Origin: Octopus bimaculoides
Lineage: Eukaryota
Reading direction: 5' to 3'
Length of the DNA stretch: 64,000 nucleotides
NCBI RefSeq assembly: GCF_001194135.2
Contig: NC_068998.1
Coordinates: forward strand, 24,190,313 to 24,254,312
Below the pieces are notes generated by a model. That model was given only the letters and a program-made list of their open reading frames with translations, was not told the DNA's origin and did no database searches. This document shows positions 1 through 14,069 of the stretch, in pieces. Within the stretch, counting starts at the first letter, position 1. Each line of letters opens with the position of its first letter. A program made the translations under genes and the position numbers.

Positions 1-40
<40 letters not shown>
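1..40. repeat. (TA)n microsatellite
   Basis: Perfect TA dinucleotide run at the window start. Confidence 0.98.
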
Positions 41-42
<2 letters not shown>

Positions 43-103
43 AGTGTGTGCGTGTGCATGTGTGTATGCCTACCCATATACATATTCATATATACATATG
101 TGT

Positions 104-479
104 GGAGGTGCAATGGCCCAGTGGTTTGGGCAGTGGACTTGCGGTTGTAGGATCGCAGTCTCGATTCCCAGACCGGGTGTTGTCAGTGTTTATAGAGCAA
201 AAACACCTAAAGCTCCACGAGGCTCTGGCAGGGTTTGGTGGTGAGCTCTGCTGTACTCTTTCACCACAACTTTCCCTTACTCTTCTTGTTTCTGTTGTAC
301 CTGTATTTCAAAGGGCCAACCTTGTCACACTCTGTGTCACTCTGAATCTCCCTGAGAACTATGTTATGGGTACACATGTCTGTGGAGTGTTCAGCCACTT
401 CCACGCTAATTTCACAAGCTGGCTGTTCTGTTGATCAGATCAAATGGAACCCTCGTCGTTGTAACCAACCGAGTACCAC
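104..479 (+). mobile_element. tRNA-derived SINE; 3' tail shared with the SINE at 34878-35210
   Basis: A box TGGCCCAGTGG (114-124), B-box-like GTCTCGATTCC (158-168); about 170-bp tail (ccttgtcacactctgtgtca...gaaccctcgtcgttgtaacc) matches the reverse complement of 34878-35050. Confidence 0.85.
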
Positions 480-940
480 GATACACATGCATACGCCAGC
501 AGCAGCAGCTGTAGTATTTTCACACCCACTTTTCAAGGCTGGCTTGGGACAGACAGATTTTATTTGGGCAGGTTTTCTTTGGTTTGAACCAACCTTCACT
601 TGCTCCATGGAAAGTGATATTTTCTCATACTCAAATATGACCTCACAGAATATTGACTGGGAATGACACTATTTGTATGACATGTGTGTGTGTGTGTGTG
701 TGTGTGAGCAAGCAAAAGACATTTATTTAGGGCTACAAAAGTTAAAAGACTCTTCATGAAATTCAAGTCTTGTGTTTATCACATTACAGAGAGCTGTCAT
801 ACTGAGAAAAATGTAAACTGCACAACAATTGTATTGGTGCATGGACATAATTTGTGTAACATATTTATGGTCTGAAGAGAAATAAGATGACTATACTTCT
901 TTGTAGGTGAAATATCTGGTTTAAAAGAAATAAACTGAAC

Positions 941-1428
941 AGGAGTGGCTGTGTGGTAAGTAGCTTGCTTACCAACCACATAGTTCAGGTTCATTCCCAC
1001 TGCATAACACCTTGGGCAAGTGTCTTGTACTATAGCCTCGGGCCGTCCAAAGCCTTGTGAGTGGATTTGGGAGACGGAAACTGAAAGAAGCCCATCATAT
1101 ATATATATGTATGTGTGTGTATATGTTTGTGTGTCTGTGTTTGTCCCCCCCCCCCCAGCATCGCTTGACAACCGATGCTGGTGTGTTTACATCCCCGTAA
1201 CTTAGTGGCTCAGCAAAAGNNNNNNNNNNCCCCCCCCCCCCCCAGCATCGCTTGACAACCGATGCTGGTGTGTTTACATCCCCGTAACTTAGTGGCTCAG
1301 CAAAAGAACTGATAGAATACGTACTAAGCTTCCAAACAATAAGTCCTGGGGTCGATTTCCGCGACTAAAAGGCGGTGCTCCAGCATGGCCGCAGTCAAAT
1401 GACTGAAACAAGTAAAAGAGTAAAAAGA
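941..1428 (+). mobile_element. Abundant tRNA-derived SINE, CORE-like family (full length, split by a 10-N gap)
   Basis: Head aggagtggctgtgtggtaag...ggttcattccc, CORE-like caccttgggcaagtgtcttg, internal (TA)/(TG) tract, 3' end gactgaaacaagtaaaagag; many copies in the window. Confidence 0.9.
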
Positions 1429-2783
1429 GGGAGTATGTGAGCTGAGGAAGTATCAAAAGGATTTTCTCATGTTTGAAGGAGAAATAGTTTAAGTACTTTA
1501 CTAAGGATATATAACACAAACACACAATATATGCTAGGTCAGTATATATGAAAATCTAATATCAGGAATTAGGCTCATATTCTGATCTATGAAGTCATTT
1601 TGCTTTATAGGTGAGATTAACTTGGCTAAAAGATAAACAATTTTATTGCAGACCTATCAAATCCATGTGTCCACTGAAACAATTGAGAAAAGGAAGATTG
1701 TAATTTTGAAGATACAGAAATGGACAAACAATACTTTAACTTGAAGTATATCAATGGTAAATATTATCAGATGTGTCCATATATAGTAATTACATGTGTC
1801 TTTCTTCAAGAAAATAATATAACTTGAATATGTATACTTGCTTTCATAGTATTTATACCCGGGGCAAAAGTGAAGCAATATATCAGTGAGTTTTGTCATG
1901 TTTAATTCCATCAAAGTACCGGTTCGCTAACAAATGCAAACTGTTAGGAAGCTAACACTTTAACTCAATATTGTACAAATCTGACGCTGACGTGTGCAAA
2001 TGTAGAATTCTATTTTAGAATCGCAAACTCTCAGTAAATATCAGTTTTGAATCTTTTAGTGTCAATAAAATTATATATAAAATGCTTTAAATAACATTTC
2101 TCTCAAACTTTGTTTAGACAATATCAGCACAAGTAGCTTCAAATAGTTTAAATATTTTTACTTAGAACAACTCCAATGATATACGGATATTTTTCAGGCA
2201 CTTTTGTTTTGTTTGTTTGCATAATTTTAATATTACTTACTTATCTGTTGCTCAACTTCACACCAACACCTGATAATTGTTAACATTCAGGCTAAATCTT
2301 GGATCTGAGAATACCTAATGATGGATTCAGTTTTCCCTCACTGCTACCGTTAATTTCAGAGGCCCCGCAAATGCCATGGGAGTTTCCCTTCATCAGATCA
2401 AACCATGCTAAAAAAAAAAAAAAAAAAAAAAAATTTGTTTGTTTTGGGGCTACATTTAAAATTATCACAGAAGCTAATATCTGTTATATACATACAAATT
2501 GGTTTCCAAACCAATGAGGGAATTTTTATGTGGTAGCTCATTCTATTAGAAACAGAACTAAATGTTCCTCAAATTACACACTAACATTTATAAAAATGGG
2601 CACACTGGATAATGTTGTCCTAGACATGCTATGACTGGATAAAAATATGGAAGGCCATGACTGGAATATCTTCAGTCATAGCTCCATCAAATCAGAGTTG
2701 ACTCAGGGTTAAACAACCGTAGTAACAAGAGCAGCATCAACAAATATTTGGTCAGTGAGTAGTAATATGTTCCTACAAAATGG

Positions 2784-3005
2784 TTTCAACTTTTGGCACA
2801 AGGTCAGCAAGTTCTGGGGGTTGGGGTAAGTCGATTACACCAATCCCAGCATTCATCTGGTACTTATTTCATTGCCCCCCCCCCACACAAAAATAAATAG
2901 ATAAAAGGCAAGTTGACCTTGTAGAATTCGAACTCAGAACATAAAGACAGATGAAATGTTACTGAGCACTTTGCCTGACATGCTAACGATTCTGCTAGCA
3001 CACCA
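2784..3005 (-). mobile_element. tRNA-derived SINE with Meta-domain-like core
   Basis: Reverse complement reads gcagaatcgttagca...ctgagttcgaattc...gtcaacttgccttt; same family as 26171-26362. The core resembles the MetaSINE domain as I recall it. Confidence 0.85.
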
Positions 3006-3109
3006 TTCCTATAATATTAACATGGAAAAGCTTCGTGAATTCAGCATTACCAAAGCATAGTTTTAATCCTTATATTGATTACTTAGATAGGAAACCATAG
3101 AAAGATGAA

Positions 3110-3395
3110 CAAACCTAAGGAGGAATTCCAACCATGATTCATGGTTTGCTACCTCAACATCTCCTTTATAGGATCCAGTGGCTAAGGACATCCTCAGCTG
3201 GAGCTATGTCCATTTTCAGCCCTACTCCTCTACCATTCTTGACATGGTGACCCCCCACTCCCACCTTCAGAGGTGTCTTCAGTTCCAGTGTTGAGTGTTT
3301 TTTTTTCTTTTTTCTTTTACCTTTTGCTCTTTGGTTTCTTTGATGTAGCATCAACAAATGTCAGCTGGTGAATGACTACCCTGCCAACTTTCCCT
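3110..3395 (-). repeat. Interspersed repeat homologous to 48440-48712 (Penelope-terminus-like motifs)
   Basis: Shares ttataggatccag, ccctactcctctacc, ggaggtgtcttcag and gcagcatcaac blocks, in order, with 48440-48712. Confidence 0.75.
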
Positions 3396-3831
3396 TTAGA
3401 TACTTGCTGGTAGGCTCCAGCAGCCAGTGCCACCTAACTGTCATGTTACACAATCTAAGCTTCAACTGACCAATGGAGGGGAAGAGTGTGTAATTTTTAG
3501 CCCAAGCCCTCTCTAGACCTACCTTCCAAAAGAGTTGTGTTAGTTTCAGTTCCAGCAGCCAGAGCTGTCTGGTGGTACAAACCTTCTGACCATCGGGGAG
3601 GAGGGTGTACAATGAGTGAGATGGTTCCCTTGGCTCACCCCTCAAGCAGCACTGTTTAAGTGCCAGCCAGCCTCACTTAGTGATGCTGTTTCCCAGTTGG
3701 CATGTTATGGCTTTCGAGCCATTTCAGTCTTCTCACTTCATACAACACAAAAGCCAATGGTTTTAATCCTCATCTGTATTCTCTCATGTATGTCTGGAGG
3801 AATTAGTAATGTAAATGAAATAAAATAATCG

Positions 3832-4010
3832 TTTCAAATTTTGGCACAAGGCCAGTAAGTTTTATTGACCTCAGTACCTGTTTTATCAACTCCAAAAGGA
3901 TGAAAAGCAATGTTGGCCTCAGCAGAATTTGAACTCAGAACGTGAAGACAAATGAAACGCTGCTAATCATTTCGCCTGGCATGCTAACGATTCTCCCAGC
4001 ACACCACCTT
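3832..4010 (-). mobile_element. Meta-like SINE (internally deleted)
   Basis: tttcaaattttggcacaaggcc...aggatgaaaagcaatgttggcctcagcagaatttgaactcagaacg. Confidence 0.85.
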
Positions 4011-5100
4011 TAATGAAATGGAATAAAGCAAAATTATGTCAATGACATTATTTGAAAAGTAGTGACCTCCACTACACAATGTTCAATACCTGGCAGTTGT
4101 ATTTATTTGATTATAAATAAAGGTATAAGAGAGAGGGATGTGAGAATGTGTGATGTTCATTTATTCATCAAGAGAAATTTTACAATATACATGAAGAGAA
4201 CCTGATTCAATCCAAAATTGAACATGATTTGCAAAATTGCTTGCTTGAGTTTGCTTCTACTCAGCAGTACCATACAACTCACCAAGAAGTTCTATGGCAG
4301 AGAAATTAGTTGAACGTATCTATTTATTGGTTTTATAACTTGTTTAGCTATAAATTCAATTCTAGTTATTCAGCTGTAAGATATGTAACAATTATTCTAT
4401 GGTTTGATAGTACCTTCAATTAACTTGATTCTTCGGTTGGATCTACCAACACCACTTGTCTAACTATTGGACTGATTCCAAGTGACACGTTCTTTCTTTG
4501 AATATTGATATCTCTTACGGTGAATAGTTCTAACTTAAGATCTTATTGAGAGAGAATAGTATATAATAGCATTAAAGGAGAGAAACTATTAAAGACTTTA
4601 ATTAACTAACTGAAATGATAGCCTTTGGTTAGGAAGACTGGTTAATACAGATGAGGATAAAAACAATTGGCTTTTGTGCTGTATGAAAGAGATATGAACT
4701 TAAATCAGGAAATAACAAAATCTAACAGCCTGGGTGAATAGGGATTCCATGGTAGCAGACGCAGATAGCAGAAAGAAACACAATGATGCCATAACAACAT
4801 CAGAACCTCATTATGAGACAATGATACATCTGCAGTTCTGATAGGAGAACTGATAAAAGCACATAGAAGAGAATATTTAATGGTTGGGCAAGGAAGATGA
4901 TCAAGAGGAAAATATGTATAGATGTGCATGTGTTTGTGTGTGCATGTAAGTGCATGTGTATATGGATGGATGGATGTACATGCATACATACATATGTATG
5001 TATGTATGTACATATGTATGTTTGTATGCATGAGCTCAATGAGGAAAAGCTGTTGCTTTTAAAAGAATAGACCGCTATTGGATAGCCTGAATATATGAAA

Positions 5101-5258
5101 ATCTATCATCATCATCATCAGCAGCAGCAGCAGTATCATCATCATCATCATCATCAACAATCATCATTGTCATCATCAGCATTATCGCCATCATCATCAT
5201 TGCCAACGTCCTCATCATTTCCAAACTTATCATCATCATCATCTCCAACTTCATCATC
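5101..5258. repeat. Imperfect (CAT)n/(CAG)n trinucleotide tract
   Basis: atcatcatc...cagcagcag... degenerate triplet array. Confidence 0.9.
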
Positions 5259-6756
5259 AGTTTCTTTTATATAGTGTCCCTTCTATCTTCTGCTACCCCA
5301 GCACCACCACCACCCTTTTTTTTTTCCTTATGCTCATCTTTTTCCTTATCCTTATCTTTATTGATGTTCTGAATAAGCTGCAGCATACACTTTTACATAG
5401 ATAAGAAATAAAAGCATGTATCGAAATGTAAAGAAAGACATAAAGACAAGGGACTGAAATTATTGCTGAGTAAAAAGAAAAACACCTAGACAAAACATGT
5501 ATGAATACAAAGGCAGTGGTTATGATTTGAGAAGAAATACATTTCTAGATATTTATCTTTTGATGTAGCCAGTAAAGAGCCTGCTGCAAAATGACTAAAA
5601 TATTACAGCAATATAATTATGAAATCAATAGTTTGCAACCTGAAATCATTCTCTAACCCTACATTTTCAATATCAGTGTTTGCTAATACTGTACAGAAGT
5701 TCGATATTATATTATAACCAATTATATGCATATGTGTGTTTGAGCGTGTGTGTTGTGTAAGTGCATGCATGTGCGAATAATACATAAACACACACACACA
5801 TAAACAGAGAGAGAGAGCGAGATTTATATATATGGATATATATATATATGGAAAGAAAGATTTATATAAATATATATATATGTATCTATGTATGCATATA
5901 TATATTTCTATCTGTCTATCTATACATATATGTACAATAACTATTTTTCAAACATGCACACACACACATACTCGTGTGTATGAATGCATATATATCATAT
6001 ATACATACATACATGTATGTATGTATGTGAGTATGTATCTACTTACATGCGTGTGTGTGTGTATAATATATATGTAAACATATCTGTATGTACATATATA
6101 TATATATATCACCATCATCGTTTAAGGTCCGCTTTCCATGCTAGCACGCGCACACACACACACGCACACGCACACGCGTCCGCGCGCACACACATGTATG
6201 TATGTATGTATATGCATGTATCAATCTATCAATATTTCCATATGTGTGTGTTTGTGCATGTGTGAATGTATATCCCTGTGTTTCTGTGTATGGGTGTGAG
6301 TTTGTGCATGTGTGCTTATGCATTGTGTACAATGATGAAAGTTCTGCATGGGGTAAAATACAAATATATGACAATTATTTAGCTGGGTAAATTGTATATA
6401 CAATCTCTGCCTGATTGTGTGTTTGTGGGTGTGTCACATTGGTAAAAAAATAATACACAGGATTTCACAAAATTTAGTGCCCTACCAACCACTTTCCATC
6501 CTCTGTATCCAGAGTTCTTATCTCTCTATGCTTCCAAAGTTAACAAAATCATTAATAATAGTCCGTTGGAGTTTTTGCAATCAGCCTTACTTTTACACAG
6601 ACATTATCCTTGTGCTAAGTCAATGAACTTGACAGAGATTGAGCTAAGAAGGCATATTCTGTTGTGTCTTGCATGAAGTGGCAATCAAACTTTCTTCACA
6701 GCCTCAGACTCTACAGTGCTTTCTTGAAATAAATCTCATTGCATGATGTATTCTTA

Positions 6757-7139
6757 TACTCTTTTACTCTTTTATTTATTTTAGTCATTTGACTGCGGCC
6801 CTGCTGGAGCACCACCTTTAGTCTAGCAAATCGACCCCAGGACTTATTCTTTGTAAGCCTAGTACTTATTCTATCAGTCTCTTTTGCTGAACTGCTAAGT
6901 TACGGGGATACAAAAACGCCAGCATCGGTTGTAAAGCGATGTTGGGGGGACAAACACACACATATATATATATATATATACATATATACGACGGGCTTCT
7001 TTCAGTTTCCGTCTACCAAATCCACTCACAAGGCTTTCGTCGGCCCAAGGTTATAGTAGAAGACACTTGCCCAAAGTGCCATGCAGTTGGACTGAACTCG
7101 GAACCATGTGGTTGGTAAGTAAGCTATTTACCTGCGCCT
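6757..7139 (-). mobile_element. CORE-like SINE
   Basis: Reverse complement of the 941-1428 family: tactcttttactc...gtcatttgactgcggcc...gacacttgcccaaagtgcc...ggaaccatgtggttgg. Confidence 0.9.
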
Positions 7140-9480
7140 ATATACAAAGTCTGAAAAATAAAATATATATTCTCTTATTACACAACCATGCCTGCACCTG
7201 TATGGTTAAGAATTTGTTGTGTAAAAGACTAAAATACTAAGTTATATCTCCTTCCATTACCAGTTCAAACCAAGCCAGAGCATCATAATCATTATCGTCA
7301 TTTAACGTCCATTTTTGGTGCTGGCAGAGGTTGGATGGTTTAACAGGATCTGCAAAGCAGATCCTGTTATCAGGCACTAGTACCAAAGCTGACAGTGAAC
7401 CTGAAGCAATCTTTACTCTGGGATTCAAAATTAGTAGCAGTTACATTCTTGAAGTTACTTCAATAGACATCATTAGGTTTTGTTGTATAAATAATTCTGA
7501 AAGTAAATGTACTTCAGAAAATATGAATAAGATGTAGACTGTTATAACATGTAGAGGAAATAATTTAATTAATGTGGTCTGGCTCTAAGTGTTTGAGTTA
7601 GGTTCAAATGTTTAAACTTATTTTAGCCAGAAGCAAAACACTAAATCTCAGTTTAATAGAGGAAACTTAGAAAGAAAATTTTTGTATGCATTATATTTCA
7701 TATGTGCTGTTTAGCTCCACATCAAGCCTGGTTGATTATACGTCTGCTGGATCAGGTTTTACTTGGTGCTAAACAACCACAACAAGAGTAGGTCGAATAA
7801 TGTTTATAGACAAGAAATAATAGACAACAATTACAGTTTCTGAAGTGTTTCAAGTTAAAGTTTTTTGCCATATCCAAACTCTCAGAATTTTGCTTCTCTA
7901 TCATTTCAAACTTACTTTTTTCTTTGTGTTGGTGGCTTATCACCATTTGTCATACATTTGACTGGTGTTGAGATTGTTGTTATTAGATATTAACTTCCAG
8001 CTGAGACTCCTCATGATAACTGGACCAAATGAAAGATCGAAGACCATTTAAGAAGCCTCTATATAGTTTCTCAGTGTTCTAAAAATAATAGCCAAATCTC
8101 CTTGAAGTCACACTATGATATAGATAGTGATAAACTTAAATATGAAACTAAGTACTAGAGTTGATATGGAATCCCTTGAGAAAAGAGCTCCGTGGTCACA
8201 AGTAAAATGATTGAAACCAGAAGATTGAAATATTTTTATATTTCTTGATATAGTCAGAAAGGAATATAATAGTTGTGGTTGAATCCCTTTTAATCATAAG
8301 TTTACTTAATTATTAGTGACCAGGGTCAAAACAACAACAGTGGATACCACATATTTGTAAAGCCCTTGTAGCATAATTATTTTTCACTCACTTTCCTCAT
8401 CTGAAAGGACCAGCAAATAACTGACAATCTCTCTATGACAAATGGCAGGGAATTTTTTTTCCTTTCTTTCAATCATATGCTTAATTCATGTTCATAAACC
8501 TATTCACAGAGTCCCTATTCTTCAGAAACATACATGGATGAAATTGCTTATACTGTTTCTACTATTCATTCTTCTCACCCCAGTTACATTCAGCACATGA
8601 ATTCCAGTTTAAGGTCTCTTTGTGGTCACTAAATATGCTACATAACCATCAAATCTCCCTCAAATTACACCCATCTTTAAATAACAAGAAAAGATACAAC
8701 TGGCAATGTAGTCTGATATAAACTATAACTATAAAGGCATGATGGTCATAGCTAGACTGCTTTTTGGAGTTAATTAAAGAAGCAGTCAAAGAGAATTATT
8801 AGGGCATCAGATGTGATTCATTGCAGTATCTGTTCTGGCTCTCTGTTCTGAATTATAGCCAGTGTTGATCACTCAGGTATGGGAATGCCCTTCCAATTAG
8901 TAGTTGACCAGTCTGAACTAGTAGGTCTCAAAACAGCACTGGTCAAGCTGATAATGACTTGATGTGGTTTCATCCAGCATTAAATCAAGATCAGCTGAAT
9001 GGAATAGACATTGTGTATGTTAGCTCATACTTTTTCCCAGTAAATCCAATAACTTGAAAATTAACAAGCATATGAATTTCTACTTGATAAATATATTAAA
9101 CAAATTGCACTCAAATCAAATGCTAACATTCGAATTGGGGAAAGATCGTGTTGTGTGATCATGGCTGATATGCCTTTTGACATTGTTCTCTCAGGACTGA
9201 CTTAACGCTAAACAACAATAACAACAACAACTTTGGTCAAATATTTCAAATGTGTAAGACATTAATCTTTGAGGACTTCAATGATCACAATTATGATATT
9301 CACCTAAAACATTCTAGAATTTAAATTCCTAACTCACAACAGATATTCTATGTGATTGATCTACAAACAGCAAACAAACTTCCACAAATCCTAAATATTC
9401 TGTCGTAAATACAGAAAGATATAAAGCCTTTCATACACACACATATATGTTCAAGCATATGACCCACGTTGTACTATCAT

Positions 9481-9612
9481 CACCCTCTCTCTCTCTTTCT
9501 CTCTATCTATCTCTCTTTCTCTCTATCTATCTATCTCTCTTTCTCTCTTTCTCTCTATCTGCCTATCTCTCTTTCTCTCTCCCCCTGTCTCTCTCAATCT
9601 CTCTCTCTTTCT
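9481..9612. repeat. (CT)n/(CTAT)n pyrimidine tract
   Basis: Direct sequence. Confidence 0.9.
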
Positions 9613-9639
9613 CTGTTACAAATACTATAATGATCCCCA

Positions 9640-9886
9640 TCTTCTCAGAGCCGGCTGGGCTCATGCAATGCCCTTGCTATCTTTCTCAACTCACTCATCT
9701 CTTCTCACTTTTGTTGTACCCAACACTCCCCAGCCCTGCGCTGGTCACTACATCCAGTCCCTGCTTCCCAGTACATCAGCCCCATGGAATTCCCTTCCAG
9801 CTAATGTCTTTCCTGCAAATATTAGCTTACAGAGGTTTAAAAAAGAAACATTGATTGCATCAGTCTCACCCATCTGTATACAATAG
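9640..9886 (+). mobile_element. 3' end of a CR1/Jockey-group LINE ORF2 (relic)
   Basis: ORF 9668-9886 contains SLLPSTSAPWNSLPANVFPANISLQRFK, resembling the SFFPRT..WNSLP..VFP...L..FK C-terminal motif of CR1/Jockey-group RTs. Confidence 0.7.
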
Positions 9887-10369
9887 TTGATCCCATGAAG
9901 ACCATAGCTGCTGACCCTTTCTCCACATCTAGCAAGTACAATTAAAGAAGTCCACCATACTCCTATAATACGATCAAATGGTCGTCATGACTGGAATACC
10001 ATTGATCATGAATTTGTTTAATAAATGCTGACCCGACAATAGCTTACTTTCGTCATTCTTCCTACTTGAATTGCAACTTCCTCAGAATCTCCTCTAATGC
10101 ACTTCTCCATTCAATTGACATTTTCCTTACAAATAACTTACTAATAAACACAAACTATTTCCAAACTTATACATCTGCTCTGCTGCTTCAATCAGTTACT
10201 GCTAGTAAGACCACCCACTTACTAAAACCATTACATACTAATGACAGAATAGCATCTATAAGCTCACTTCCTACAGACATATCAAACTTTCCTTTAACTC
10301 TTTGTTTATATGTACACCTTTCTCACTATGCTTCTCTCTTTCTTTCTATATACCTTTCTTTCTAAACAC

Positions 10370-10370
10370 T

Positions 10371-10432
<62 letters not shown>
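10370..10432. repeat. (CT)n microsatellite
   Basis: Direct sequence. Confidence 0.95.
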
Positions 10433-10434
<2 letters not shown>

Positions 10435-11179
10435 AGAAAACACAAAAAACAAATATAAATTTAACTGAATGAAGAACAAATCAATTGCTTGGAAATTTTA
10501 ACTCATTTTTCTGATATATTATAGAACTGTTTGTGTGCTTGATATAGCAGAGGACATTTCTCAAGTTCTGATCAACATATTCAAGATAATTATGAACATA
10601 TGTTCACAATTCCTCAAGTGAGGTAACGAAGCCAGCATTTTATTTTATATTTCTTTGCAGCATAGATCATTAGCATCATGAAAGAAAACAAGAAATATCC
10701 CTGCAAGGAATGTTATTTCAAAATCTTAATTAAGCTTCAGACAAGTCACTTCTATTCTCGCATCTTTCATGCTCATTAGTTTTAGCATTTAAAATCAGCA
10801 CTAATCAAGTACCTCTCACCACCACCTCCAGAACTACCATTACTGCAACAACAAACACCTTTGCAATTACATCTATCAGCTCCACCTATGTTTCAACCAT
10901 CACCAACATCTAGGATTTAAAGTCTTTAATTTAACAACACAATCTTAAATCAGAAAAGCCTGACTAATAGTCATGTTCTTACTTTTCTGGTTTTTCGAGG
11001 ATTATTCTATTAGTTTAAAAAGAAATGTCGAAGTGTTTTTGTTTTTTTTCCATAATTAATTGCACCTGCAGGACCTCTTTCACCATAAGAAGTACAACTA
11101 ACTTTCATTAAACATATGCATATACACACACGTATCTGGGTATTAACACATGCATGAAGTTAAAAACATGCATATAAAG

Positions 11180-11400
11180 TTAGTTAGTCTGGTGAGTTAA
11201 TGTAGGAACATGAGTCAGTACATGTGTGTGTTTATAAATATATATATATGTATATACACACACATAGACAAGCACATATACATACATATATATATATATA
11301 CATACATGTATATATATATATAGATATATATATATATATATATATACACACATGCATACTACACATCCAAACACACACATACAACACACACACACACATT
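11180..11400. repeat. Compound (TA)n/(CA)n microsatellite
   Basis: Direct sequence; explains the spurious Y/I/C/V-rich ORFs here. Confidence 0.9.
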
Positions 11401-11730
11401 TATATATGGTGTACAGGCATATATATGTCTTGTATGTTTGTTTACATTTGTGTTACTGTGAAAATCATAAGCTACAAATGATGATGTCGTTGTCCTGTCT
11501 CCTGCCAGCATATTGTCAACTAGCTTGACAACAGGTGAAATAACTCTCTTAATTGTAAAAACAGGTAGCAGATGGTGACAGGAAATGCAAAACAATGCCT
11601 CAATAAATACACTCTTCTAGCCTTTGCTAGCATTGAGAAACAGATGTAAAAACCAAATGAAACACACACACTCGCACACACTAACACACTCACACATACA
11701 CACCTCACAAACACATACACGAGCACACAT

Positions 11731-11939
11731 CCCTTTAGTATTTAATCCGGCCATATCCAGCCCAAGTAGTCAATCTGCTTTATGTTAAAACTGACCGGAT
11801 CCAACCTCTCACACATATCTTACAATGTCATTTTAAACATATACCAACACACCATTGAAATCTAGAAGCTACAAGATAATGCAGGATTAATTTAATAAAT
11901 CAGCAATATGTTTGACAAAGTAATCTAAATGTTTAAGAG
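11731..11939 (-). mobile_element. piggyBac-like MITE (degenerate copy of the 62747-62966 family)
   Basis: Begins ccctttagtattta; body is the reverse complement of the 31068-31297 and 62747-62966 bodies. Confidence 0.7.
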
Positions 11940-12677
11940 ATATATATACTAAACAAGAGTATAGTATATCAAAACTTGGGATATACAAAATAAATACACA
12001 TGTTAGCAACAAAGTAGAAGGGTCCTGCTTGACTCTAATAATCTTTCATTTCTAATACCTTCTGCATACTGTGTCTACCAAATTTACCCATGAGTCTTTA
12101 TGAATTTCATTCAAACACAAAGTCTCCCATATCCTCAGGAGAGAGATTTGTTAGTCACATGTAAAATTGTGGAACTATTTTACTCAGGCGTTATTTCTGA
12201 ATTCTGTATAATCTTCTGTATTTCTTCCTCGATTAGTACAGAATTTCATTTCTCCTTCAGCTTATTCAGCATTTTCACAACGATTTTATGACTACTTCAG
12301 GTAACTGCAAGGCCCAGACACTTCATATAACAGTAGGGATCTTCTCTGTGAGAAACTTCTAGCATTTTGTTTACATCTTGTTAAGGACTCTTGCACTCCT
12401 TTATCTTCTTACAGTCCCCAGTAGCTTCCAATTCATCTCCAGTGTCCTTCATTGTACGACAATGGGATGATACTGCTGCTAACAACTTCTAGGGATCGCT
12501 ATGCTAGTGGAAAAGGCATTTCTGCTCCTTAGTCATAAGGTCTGTCAAATGCTGATGGCAGTGAGGATGAGGTAACTTTGCTTACTTCCACTTTGTCTGT
12601 GTCAGAAGCTGCAAATACAAGCAGAAGCAACAGAAGGCTTTCACCTCTGCACTCTATTGTCATTGCTGCTATCTTTC

Positions 12678-12877
12678 CCTTGTTTTGGTCGTTGGACTTT
12701 GGCCATGCTGGGGCGCTACCTTGAAAAATTTTTAGTCAAATGAATTGACCCCAGTACTTTTTTTAAGGCTGATATTTATTCCATTGATTACTTTTGCTGA
12801 ACTTCTAAGTTTCTGGGGAGTAAACACACTAACACTGTGGTTGGGAAGCAAGCTTCTTATCACACATTCACACCTGC
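12678..12877 (-). mobile_element. CORE-like SINE, internally deleted
   Basis: ggccatgctggggcgctacc...gacccc...gtaaacacactaacactg joined directly to the tggttgggaagcaagcttctt head remnant. Confidence 0.75.
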
Positions 12878-14069
12878 ATTATATTTCTCTCCCTCTTGCT
12901 CTCTCTCCCTCTCTCTCTCTTTCAGGGAAAAAGAGTCTGATTGATTGCTGCTCTCCTCTTCCAATGTGGTACAGCATGAGGATAGCCCAGCAGTCTCTGG
13001 CAATGATTTGGAAAATTAAAGACGAATCTTTATTATATTATGAAATTATGTCTGCCTATATTTGGTAGTTTATGTGCTCCATCATTTGACAAATCTTCTC
13101 CATACTAATCCCACCCAATCATACTTTTGCTGTGGGTCACCTCCATTTTCACCACTTATTCATGCTGGGTATCATACCAGATAATAGTCCAATACAATGG
13201 AGTATAATAATGTATGTATATGCAGAGGTGAAGGACTGGTGTAACCATGATGTTCTGGTGATATGAAGTGCCAGCCTTCTTTATCTGCATTGATTTGTAA
13301 ATGTATGATCGTATTGTACAATATATAGCATTCATATTGATGCAGACCTGGAAAATAATTTATCATATACTGAAATTATTATTACATGATGATGACTGTG
13401 AAACAGCTGTAAAGAAAAGGATATCAAGTGGTAAATAACTATATTCACCTCTCATACCTTCTAACTTTTTATGGATTATATGTGTGTGTGTGTGTGTGTA
13501 TGTTGATTTGTAGATTATTGAATCAATGTGTGACAGTTTTAAATATCTTTGGAAATTCAAGTTCATGTGATTACTTTTATCCAATATAAAATGTCATTTT
13601 AAACTACTGTAACAAAGAAGGTTTCTTCATGTATTAGAAAATAATGTTTTTGTTATATTAATAGGAAAGGTTTACATGCAATACAATTAATGGAAACATT
13701 CAGATGAAATAGTATAATAAGAAATATACAGAAAGTCTTTTTTAGAAACTCAATATTTGGGCTAATTATTATACATCAAATACATATTCTTTTACTGTGG
13801 TCTGTCTTCTTCTTCGATCATTCCAGGTTTTTAGCAGTTAATGTAATAGTTTTAAACTATTTTATGGTATTATCTCTTACATTTATATTGGCCTTGATTG
13901 AGTTGATCTGTGACTACCCCATCTTAGTTAACTGCATTGTTTATCTTGGACAACTTTATCCAGTGTAAGCTTCCATTTTCTTAAGTTATTGGAACATTTG
14001 GCTGCTAGTTCTCCCGTATCAAATAAGCTCATAAACATTTCCTCACTGGCTTGATCTATTTTATCATAA

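Noticed and set aside
3395-3720. 89-aa minus ORF, considered as a LINE C-terminus or GIY-YIG
   Set aside because: Only vague motif similarity (HSLYTLLPDG; TTRQL); no confident assignment.
4180-4550. Possible host exon
   Set aside because: All frames inspected contain stops and no recognisable domain.
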